DNA from: Acidobacteriota bacterium
Lineage (GTDB): Bacteria; Acidobacteriota; Vicinamibacteria; Vicinamibacterales; UBA8438
NCBI GenBank assembly: GCA_011523845.1
Contig: WTFV01000155.1
Span: forward strand, 9,386 to 73,385
Direction of reading: 5' to 3'
DNA length: 64,000 nt
A program made the translations under genes and the position numbers. Under the pieces are notes generated by a model. It had not been told where the DNA came from, searched no databases, and saw only the letters and a list, made by a program, of their open reading frames with translations. Positions within the stretch are counted from its first letter, which is position 1; each line of letters opens with the position of its first letter. Shown piece after piece: positions 45,492 to 53,619 of the stretch.

Positions 45492-48400
45492 TCAACTGGA
45501 GGTACCCGCGATCCGCAACGGCTGCGGCGGGTGGTCGCGAAGCTGCGGCGCCGTCGAGCGGACGTGGATGTCCATCTGCGGGAACGCGATCTCGATATCT
45601 TCCTCGCCGAACCGTTTGGCGATCGCCGTGTGGAGGACATGAATGGTCGGCAGCCGCTCTTCCACGTCGCTCACGTAGGCGCGGATGGAGAACTTCAACG
45701 CACTGTCGCCGAACTCCTCGAACGTCACGCTCGGCTCGGGATCCTCCAGCACCGAGGGAGTCGCGGCGACGATCTCCCGCAGCACGCGCGTGACCCGATC
45801 CACATCGGAGCCGTAGGCGACCCCGACGAAGACCGTCACGCGGTTCGCCGCGTCCGACAGCGTCCAGTTGAGCAGGTGACCGGTCACCAGATCCTTGTTC
45901 GGAACCACCAGCTCCTTGAGATCCCAGTCCTGGATAGTCGTCGCGCGAATACGGATCCGCGTGACCGTTCCGGTCACGCCGCCGACCGTGATCGTGTCGC
46001 CGACGCGTACCGGTCGCTCCATCAGCAGCAGCAATCCGGAGACGAAGTTCGCGAAGATCTCCTGCAGGCCGAAGCCGAGTCCGACGCCGATGGCCGCCAC
46101 GAGCCACTGCACGCTGCTCCAGGTGACGCCCAGGGCGCCGAAGATGGCCAGCGCGCCGCCGAAGATCAGCACGTACCGGCTCATGCTGGTCAGCGCGTAG
46201 CGGGACCCGGGCTGGATGGGAAGCCCCAGCAGGAGCATCTCGAGCAGCGCGGGCACGTTGCGGGCCAGGGCGACCGTCAGCCCCGCCAGAATGAGCGTCA
46301 GGCCCAGGTGCTCCAGCGTGAGCGCCCCTTCCGTGTCGGGCGCCGCGCCGGGAGGCCACAGCGCGACCCTGTCGAGAACGCTCAGCGCCGGGACCATGTC
46401 GGACCAGACCAGCCAGATCGCCCCGAGCGCGCCCGCCGTCGTCAGCGTCCGGATGAGACGGCGCGTGTCCGCATCGATCTGGCCCAGGTCCGGCGCCGGC
46501 TCCACGGTTTCGCCGTCCTCGGCCAGTGCGCGCTCGCGCCGCTGCCGGAACGAGAGACTGCGGCGGCGGACCAGCACCCGGCGCGACACCATGCCGTAGA
46601 CGACGATGACCCCCGTCGCCAGCCACAGCGTCTCCAGGGACTTGGCGGCCAGCTCGTCGGCGGCGTACATGTAGCCGGCCAGCGCCACGCCGGCCAGCGC
46701 CAACGGGACGCCCGCCGCGACGCCGTACCAGACGTTGCGCAGTCGATCCAGCCAGCCTTCCCGATGCGCCGCCAGGTACTCGCCGAACACGCCGTGCGAC
46801 GGGTGCAGCACGCGAGCCAGAAACACCGCGCTCAGAATCTGCAAGCCGACCAGTGCGAGCCTTCCGAGCGTGTGCTGCCACGCTCGATCCCCCTGACTCG
46901 ACACCGCCGCGAGCACGAAGACGAACGGCAGCACGGCGACCGCGAACCATTGCAGGTGGCGTCGAAGTACCGCGACCGCCCGCGCCGGCCACCCGAAATG
47001 GGCGGCCATCAACCCGTGCGGGCAAGCTGCCTGGCGCAGGATCTCCAGCGGCACGTAGCTGGCTGCCGTCGCGGCGAGTCCTGCCGCAACCGCCTCGAGG
47101 AATTCCGAGTCGTCCGCTACCACCGCCAGGCGGCGCGCGATCAACCATGCGACGGCCGGCACGGGCGCGGCGATCGCCAACGTCAGCAGCAAGCCGCGCA
47201 CCGTGGTCATGTACCGCGTGGCCGCGCCGGACGCCGCTCGCCGGCCGCACGCCGTCAGGGCCGGTCGAACGCGCCGCCGTACCCACGGGGCCGCCAGCAG
47301 CACCGCCAGCAGCGGCGCGTACCGCCAGGGACCGTCTATCGCATCGTTCGCCGCCGTTCGGGCTGCCGAAAGCCACTCGCCCGGTTGCAGCAGCCACGCC
47401 GCAGCGGCCTGCGCGACCACCAGGTCGGACCAAGCGACTACTTCCGCGTTGCGCGTCCAGAGAACCCGTTCGTCGATGAAGCGAAGAAACGTCTCGGCCG
47501 TCCCGTGGAGCTCGCCGTACGTCGTCCCCAGTTGCACCAGGACGTCGAAGTACCGCGTCTGATCGTCGAACAGCAGTCCCAGGTACGTGCGCTGGGTCTC
47601 CAGCATGCCGCGAACCGACGCGGCGACCTGCTCGTCGGCCTCGTCGCCTGCCGCACCGGAGCCGGCGAGCAGCTCGGTCGCCCGGGTCTCGGAGTCGGAA
47701 AGCAGCAGCCGTTGTTCGTCGAGCTCGAACATCTCTTCCTGGACGAGTCGGGTGCGCTCCTCGAGCACGCGGCGCTCATCGCGGTAGCGTTGGACATCGT
47801 CCGGCAGACCGCCGCGGTGACGTTGCAGCAGCAGGCCGACCGCGCTCGTCTGGCCGATGGCCGCCACCCGCTCGCGCGTCCGCGTGAAGCGGTCGTCGAG
47901 GTCGGTCAGCTCCACGCGGGCCCCGCTGAGCCGCTGCTCGGCCGCGTCCAACCGGTTCACCAGCGTTTGCCGCCGCGCCGTCAGCCCGTTGTTGACGTTG
48001 GCCAGCGTCAGCAACACCTGCCGCGTCCCCTCCGCCGGTTCTTCCGCCAAGGCGATGCCGAGCTGGATCGCCCGCAGCCGGGCCTCGTTGGCCTGTTGGG
48101 TCGCGTCCAGGCGCCGCAGGGCGTCGGCGGCCGCGGCGAGCCGCGTCACCTGCTCCTGCAGACGGGCCACGTCGCGGGCGGCCAGCTCTCGGCGGTGAGG
48201 CAACAAGGAGCGCTCCGCGTCGTAAGCCCCAAGCTCCCGCTGCAGCGAGATCGTCCGCGTCTCCAGTTGCAGCCGGCGAGCCGAGAGCAGCGCCCGGCGT
48301 GCGTCAGCCTCCAGGGGACTCGCATTCGGTGCGGTCGGCGTCTCCAGATCCGTCTCGACCCGGGCGCCTTCATCGGCAAGCGCCGCAAGTGTTTCCCGTA

Positions 48401-48872
48401 TCTCCGCCCGACGCGATGTGCGCCCGAGAGGCTCGCCGTCCGCTTCCGTCAGTCGCGATGCCGCCTCCGCGAGCCGGCCCTCCCCCTCCGCGCGCCGCTG
48501 TTCCAGCGAATCGATGCTGTCGGTCACCAGAATGGGCGGCGCATCTTCCGGGGGGGCCTCCAGCGCCGCCTCCAGCGCCTCGATAGCGGCAGGAGCCTCC
48601 GTCGTCCGGCGCGCGAAGTCCAGCGCCGTCGCGCGCCAGCGCGCCGCCGAATCGAGCTCGGAGAGCGCCTGCTGGTACAGGTTGCGGATACGGGCCTTCG
48701 TGTCGTCATCCAGGTCCGGATCCTGCGACGTGTCGATCAGACGCTGCTCGATCGTCTCGACGGACGGCGGCGGGTCCCCCACCGTCGGCTGCGCCGCCGC
48801 CCCGGTCGGACCCCACACGGCGAACACCGCAAGGCACCACGCCGTGACGGCGGGAGTCGCTTTCGGATTCAT
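45492..48872 (-). CDS. MscK/KefA-like large mechanosensitive channel (MscS family)
   Basis: ATG at 48872. A signal peptide is followed by a long coiled-coil periplasmic region and multiple TM helices. The MscS core is GVGLGFGLQEIFANFVSGLLLLMERPVRVGDTITV. Confidence 0.85.
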   Translation of the reverse strand: MNPKATPAVTAWCLAVFAVWGPTGAAAQPTVGDPPPSVETIEQRLIDTSQDPDLDDDTKARIRNLYQQALSELDSAARWRATALDFARRTTEAPAAIEALEAALEAPPEDAPPILVTDSIDSLEQRRAEGEGRLAEAASRLTEADGEPLGRTSRRAEIRETLAALADEGARVETDLETPTAPNASPLEADARRALLSARRLQLETRTISLQRELGAYDAERSLLPHRRELAARDVARLQEQVTRLAAAADALRRLDATQQANEARLRAIQLGIALAEEPAEGTRQVLLTLANVNNGLTARRQTLVNRLDAAEQRLSGARVELTDLDDRFTRTRERVAAIGQTSAVGLLLQRHRGGLPDDVQRYRDERRVLEERTRLVQEEMFELDEQRLLLSDSETRATELLAGSGAAGDEADEQVAASVRGMLETQRTYLGLLFDDQTRYFDVLVQLGTTYGELHGTAETFLRFIDERVLWTRNAEVVAWSDLVVAQAAAAWLLQPGEWLSAARTAANDAIDGPWRYAPLLAVLLAAPWVRRRVRPALTACGRRAASGAATRYMTTVRGLLLTLAIAAPVPAVAWLIARRLAVVADDSEFLEAVAAGLAATAASYVPLEILRQAACPHGLMAAHFGWPARAVAVLRRHLQWFAVAVLPFVFVLAAVSSQGDRAWQHTLGRLALVGLQILSAVFLARVLHPSHGVFGEYLAAHREGWLDRLRNVWYGVAAGVPLALAGVALAGYMYAADELAAKSLETLWLATGVIVVYGMVSRRVLVRRRSLSFRQRRERALAEDGETVEPAPDLGQIDADTRRLIRTLTTAGALGAIWLVWSDMVPALSVLDRVALWPPGAAPDTEGALTLEHLGLTLILAGLTVALARNVPALLEMLLLGLPIQPGSRYALTSMSRYVLIFGGALAIFGALGVTWSSVQWLVAAIGVGLGFGLQEIFANFVSGLLLLMERPVRVGDTITVGGVTGTVTRIRIRATTIQDWDLKELVVPNKDLVTGHLLNWTLSDAANRVTVFVGVAYGSDVDRVTRVLREIVAATPSVLEDPEPSVTFEEFGDSALKFSIRAYVSDVEERLPTIHVLHTAIAKRFGEEDIEIAFPQMDIHVRSTAPQLRDHPPQPLRIAGTSS

Positions 48873-49159
48873 GTCTCCAACACGCCGACGCCCGTACCTG
48901 GGGATCGACGCGCCCATTCGAGGGCCGGTATCCCGTGCACGGGTTCTCGTAGCGGAGGCAAGCTGCCGGCTCGACGAAAACCACCTGCATTCGCGGGACG
49001 TGGCGCGAAGGACTTGCCGCATGGCCCACTGGCGAGATGCGCGAGGGTTCCTTCGAAGCAGGTTACCATGATGGGGAGAGGCTCTGGTCCGGGATGCCGG
49101 GCCGCCGCACCCGACGCCAGTCCGCGGCAGGGCACTAACGCGCCGGCTTCGACTCGAAC

Positions 49160-49771
49160 ATGCTTGTCCACGAGCGGGGGCGCGTGGGCGATCCGATGCT
49201 GCAATACCGGGGCCCGGAGCGTGAAGTGCGCGTCAGATGGGTCCACGACGGGCACGACCACTGGATTACACCTCGCAGCGGCACACGGATCGAGACTGAA
49301 GCGCGATGGTTCACCACGGCCCCGGAACGCCAGTCCGGGTTCCTGCAAGCGCAATTCGCGAGCGCGACGTTCCTCCCGGCCGGACGGGAGGGCCGCCTCT
49401 TCGTCGCCCTCGCCGGCAGTGCGGCGTCCGATGATCGGCTGCCGCCCTTCCATCAATCCACGCTCGGCGGTCCGTTTCGACTCGGCGCGTTCACTCCGGA
49501 CCAGTTCCGCGGCGCGCGGACCGCCTACGCCGGCTCAGGGTACCTGCACCGGTTGGGGCAGATGCCGGACCTGATTGGCGGCCCGATCCACGCGGGCGTC
49601 TGGATCGAGTCCGGCAGCGCGTTCGATGCGGCGCGCGATGCCGAGATCCACTCCAGCGTCTCGGCCGGCCTGCTGCTGGACACCCTGCTCGGGGCACTGC
49701 TCGCCAGCGCCAGTATCGGCACTGACGGGTCGACGGCCTTCTACGTGGCCCTGGGGCGGCCCTTCTGGTAG
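49160..49771 (+). pseudogene. Omp85/surface-antigen-type C-terminal barrel fragment (possible remnant of a larger patatin/Omp85-like gene)
   Basis: The 203-aa ORF ends ...STAFYVALGRPFW, a typical barrel C-terminus. It has no signal peptide. An in-frame TAA sits at 49136-49138 just upstream. Confidence 0.35.
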
Positions 49772-49899
49772 AAGAATCGGTACTTGACCGTCATGGCGAG
49801 ACCGTTCTACTACTACGGGCTCGGATGTCGACCCCGGCGCGCGTGAACTGATCGGACCGTCGGGCCGAGCTCCGACGGGCTGCTGGAAGGATTGCCGCC

Positions 49900-51021
49900 A
49901 TGCCGATGCCCACGCCGTTTGTCGGTTTCTCATCCGGCAGTCCGGGCAGGCGTCGTTACCACGGGCTGTCACGCACGCTTCCGGTGATCGCCGCGGTGGC
50001 GGCGACGGTCATCGTCGCGCCCCGTGCCGCGCAGTTGGACACGTCGATGGAGCCAATCCTCACGTCGATGGGGTTTGGGTCCGGCGACCTGCGGAGACTC
50101 GAGCGCGGCGCCGCCGTCATCCGCAGCCTCGATACGCGCGCGCGTGAGGAGCTCGCCCACGTGGGCATGGTGTACCTGGACGCGAGCCCCGAGGAGTATG
50201 TCGAGCGGTTCCGGAGCATCGAGCAGTTCGAGCGCGGTCCCAGCGTGTTGCAGATGGGCCGCTTGGGCACACCGCCACGCATCGACGACCTCCAGTCTCT
50301 GACCCTCTCCGCCGAGGACTTCGCCGAGTTGCCGGCGTGTCGCCCGGGCCGTTGCGAGATGAAGCTCTCGTCGGCTGCCATGGACCTCTTCCGCGACGAG
50401 GTCGACTGGTCCTCCCCGCAGGCCTGGCGCCAGGCGGACGAGGTCATGCGCAGGATGCTCCTCGACCTGGTGCGCGCCTATCAGGCGGAAGGCAACGCGG
50501 CGCTCGGCGCCTACTTCGACCGCGAGCGGCCGCTGCCGGTGGCCGATCAGTTCCGGGCCCTGCTGGCAAGTCGCGAGGCCCTGCCCGACCAGGTGCCCAT
50601 CCTGTTCGCCTACCTGGACCACTACCCGCGGGATCTGCCGGAAGGCGCCGAGGACTTCTTCTACTGGACGATGGTCGACTTCGGACTCAAGCCCACCATC
50701 CGCGTGAACCACGTCACCATCTACCCGCTCGCCGCAAGACTGTCGACGGGCGTCGCCTATGCGATCGCAATAAAGCAGCTCTATGCCAGCCACTATTTCC
50801 ATTCCACGCTGGAGTTGCGCTTCCTCCTCGATCGCCCCGACCTTACGGGCAGACCCGGCGCGGCGCTCGTTTCCATCGCCCGTTCCCGCAGCGACGGGAT
50901 GACCGGCGTACGGGGGTCGCTCCTGCGGCCAGTCGTCAGCCGCCGTTCGCGCAATGCGCTGCGGGGCTACCTCGAGCACGTGAGGCTGCAACTGCAGCCT
51001 TCCGCCTCCGGGCCTTCCTGA
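49900..51021 (+). CDS. Hypothetical exported protein (373 aa)
   Basis: The ORF has a TM or signal segment LPVIAAVAATVIVAPRAAQ and protein-like composition. I recognise no family. Confidence 0.5.
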   Translation: MPMPTPFVGFSSGSPGRRRYHGLSRTLPVIAAVAATVIVAPRAAQLDTSMEPILTSMGFGSGDLRRLERGAAVIRSLDTRAREELAHVGMVYLDASPEEYVERFRSIEQFERGPSVLQMGRLGTPPRIDDLQSLTLSAEDFAELPACRPGRCEMKLSSAAMDLFRDEVDWSSPQAWRQADEVMRRMLLDLVRAYQAEGNAALGAYFDRERPLPVADQFRALLASREALPDQVPILFAYLDHYPRDLPEGAEDFFYWTMVDFGLKPTIRVNHVTIYPLAARLSTGVAYAIAIKQLYASHYFHSTLELRFLLDRPDLTGRPGAALVSIARSRSDGMTGVRGSLLRPVVSRRSRNALRGYLEHVRLQLQPSASGPS

Positions 51022-51154
51022 CAAGCGCCCGGCAGGCGGCTACGGATCCGGCCGGCGTGGGCGGCCGCTGTCGTAGCGTCATGGCGGTCACCTCGTCGCG
51101 CGTCGGGCACCCGCATCGGCGGCACGAGCTCCGTGCCGGCAGTGCCGGCGGGCG

Positions 51155-51853
51155 CTACCGGAGAGCGTCGATGCGATCCAGGGCTGCCCGCAGCGCACGG
51201 AGCACGCGCTCCCCTTTCTCGAGATCGGTCGCAAACGGAGCGCGCGAGAGCTCCAGTTGCACCCACGGCATCTCCCCGGCGTGAGAACGCGTTATGAAGC
51301 CTCCCCGAAACGGGTCGTTGACGATGACCCGCGGCCCGAACTGCTCGCGGAAGCTCCTGCTCAGGCAGGCCATCCACTCCTCGGGGCACGTGCCGTCGGC
51401 GTTGCCGAGACACACGTGGGGGCGCTCCTGTCCCGGTCCGGGTCCGATCGGAGGTCCTACCGCCAGCATCGTGTGGCAGTCGATCGCCAGACCGACGTCC
51501 CTCCCTGCGAGTTCCGTCAACCGGGCGTGGTACGGACGGTAGTGCGTGGCGAGCAGCGCCTCGACGGCCTGCGCATCGAGCGGCTCGCGCCAGACGGGCG
51601 CATTGAAGCACGTGTGCGTCTTGACGACGCCGTCCGGCCGGCGGTCGTCCTCGGCGCGGTTGAGATCGACCACGGCTCGCGCGACGTCCGTGGTGACGTA
51701 GTGCTGCACCTCCGAGGCGATGTCGTAGATGGCCGCGGCGTGCTCGTCGCCGTCTTCGGCAATCTGCGCCGGCGAGAGCAGGCACCCCGGCGCCACGTTC
51801 TCGGGCACGCGGAGTCCGGCATGGGGAACCGACACGAGAATCGGCAACGTCAT
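51155..51853 (-). CDS. N-formylglutamate amidohydrolase (FGase) family protein
   Basis: 232-aa ORF containing VSVPHAGLRVPE, VVDLNR and LAIDCHTM. Its ATG overlaps the ggt stop (ATGA). Confidence 0.8.
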   Translation of the reverse strand: MTLPILVSVPHAGLRVPENVAPGCLLSPAQIAEDGDEHAAAIYDIASEVQHYVTTDVARAVVDLNRAEDDRRPDGVVKTHTCFNAPVWREPLDAQAVEALLATHYRPYHARLTELAGRDVGLAIDCHTMLAVGPPIGPGPGQERPHVCLGNADGTCPEEWMACLSRSFREQFGPRVIVNDPFRGGFITRSHAGEMPWVQLELSRAPFATDLEKGERVLRALRAALDRIDALR

Positions 51854-53619
51854 GCTCCCGCCTTCGTCGCAGCGGTCACGTCGCGCGCCACGCCGTCCGG
51901 ATCGCGCACCGCACGCCGCGGCCCACCCGCCGCGCCGTCTCGCCTCGGGTCGGCGACCCCGATCAGCTCTCTCCGGTCGCGCACCACGAGTTGCACGCAG
52001 CCCAGGTAGAAGGAGAACGGTTCGCGGAGGTCGACGGTGAAGCCGCGCTTCTCGAACGCCCGCGGCAGGTCGTCCCGCATCCGGGAAGCCTCCAGCGATA
52101 CGCGCCCCGACAGCGAGCAGAACAGGCGAGGCGCCGTCACCGCGTCCAGCGGTGCCGCGCGGTCATGCAAGAGACGGATGAGCACCTGCAGGATGGACGG
52201 CGCAATCCGCTCGCTGCCCGGCGATCCGATCGCCAGCAGCGGCCGGCGCCCCCGGAACACGATGGCAGGCGCGACGCTCGCCCAGGGCACCGCGTTCGGG
52301 CGCATGTAGTACGGGTGCGAGATGTCCTTGTACTCGAACGCGCTCATGTAGTTGTTGTAGAGAAAGCCGAGCTCCGGGGTCGCGGCGCACGCGCCGTAGA
52401 CGTTCTCTATCGACTGGGTCAGGGCGACCGCGTTCCCCGCCCGATCCATCACCGACAGGTGGGTCGTCTCGCCGCGCCCCAGGTAGCGCTTCCCGATCGC
52501 GGCGGCCAGCTCGTGGGCGTAGTCGTCCCGCAGCATCCGCTTTTCGGTCACCTGCGAATAGAAGTTGGGGTCGAAGGGCCGATCGGCGCGGTCGAGGAAC
52601 GCGCGCCGGATCGTCTCGGCGAACAGCACCGCACCGTCCCGCGAATCGAGGCCCCGCCGCGCCTCCGGCAGGTGCTGGTGGATGTTCATCATCTCGACCA
52701 GCGCCTGGCCGGCGCCCGGGGGCGGCATGGTGAACACCCGGTGCCCGAAGAGGCGGCCGGTCAGCGGTCGGCGCTCGATGGGCATCGGGATCTGCGCCAG
52801 GTCGTCGCTGCGCAGGAAACCGTCGTGGCGCTCCATGTCCGCCTCGATCGCGGCGGCAATCTCTCCCTGGTAGAAGTCCGCGATGCCGTGCTCGGCCAGC
52901 CGCCGCAGCGTCGCGCCCAACGCGGGCTGGCGAAAGACCTCGCCGGCGCGATACGGACGCCTGCCGTCGCGCAGGAAGAAAGGCGCGGCCGTGCCGTCCC
53001 GCAGGAACTGCACCTCCCGGCGCGTGAGCGCGTGCTGCAGCAGGCTCACTTCGTAGCCGCTCTCGGCGAGGCGCACCGCGGGCTGCAGCACGTCGGAGAG
53101 CGGCAGCGTCCCGTAGGTAGCACGCACGTAGTCGAGAACGGCGGGCGTGCTCGGGACCGTCGTCGCGCGATGACCCCGTCGCCTTTCGGCGCGCGGATCG
53201 GTGAACGCGTCGGCTGTCGCGCGGTTCGGCGCACGGGACGAGCCGTCGAGCGCGAACGTCCGACCCGCCGTCGCATCGTGGACCAGCAACATCGTCTGGC
53301 CGCCGAGACCGGACGCGGCGGGCTCGCACACGCCGAGCGCGAACGCCGCCGCCACCGCGGCGTCGAAGGCGTTGCCCCCCGCCTCGAGCATCTCCACGCC
53401 GGCGGCCGTCGCGCAGTAGTGGGCGGTCGCCACCATGCCATCGCGCGACACGGCCAGCCGCTGCGGCTCGTGAATCCGGCGGTCGCTGAGCGTGAGCAGG
53501 TCGGTGTCGACCGCTTCGGAACGCTGAGGCTTCGTCCGCGTGGTGCGGCGTGGCCGAGCGGCCGCCTTCGGCCCGCTCGGGCGCTCTTGTGGTCCGGCCG
53601 CCCCGGGTTTCGCTTTCAC
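51850..53619 (-). CDS. ggt: Gamma-glutamyltransferase family protein (no obvious signal peptide; GTG start inferred)
   Basis: It contains GMVATAHYCATAAGVEMLEAGGNAFDAAVAA and the autoprocessing/nucleophile block GETTHLSVMD. The GTG at 53619 overlaps the upstream stop (GTGA). Confidence 0.8.
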   Translation of the reverse strand: MKAKPGAAGPQERPSGPKAAARPRRTTRTKPQRSEAVDTDLLTLSDRRIHEPQRLAVSRDGMVATAHYCATAAGVEMLEAGGNAFDAAVAAAFALGVCEPAASGLGGQTMLLVHDATAGRTFALDGSSRAPNRATADAFTDPRAERRRGHRATTVPSTPAVLDYVRATYGTLPLSDVLQPAVRLAESGYEVSLLQHALTRREVQFLRDGTAAPFFLRDGRRPYRAGEVFRQPALGATLRRLAEHGIADFYQGEIAAAIEADMERHDGFLRSDDLAQIPMPIERRPLTGRLFGHRVFTMPPPGAGQALVEMMNIHQHLPEARRGLDSRDGAVLFAETIRRAFLDRADRPFDPNFYSQVTEKRMLRDDYAHELAAAIGKRYLGRGETTHLSVMDRAGNAVALTQSIENVYGACAATPELGFLYNNYMSAFEYKDISHPYYMRPNAVPWASVAPAIVFRGRRPLLAIGSPGSERIAPSILQVLIRLLHDRAAPLDAVTAPRLFCSLSGRVSLEASRMRDDLPRAFEKRGFTVDLREPFSFYLGCVQLVVRDRRELIGVADPRRDGAAGGPRRAVRDPDGVARDVTAATKAGA

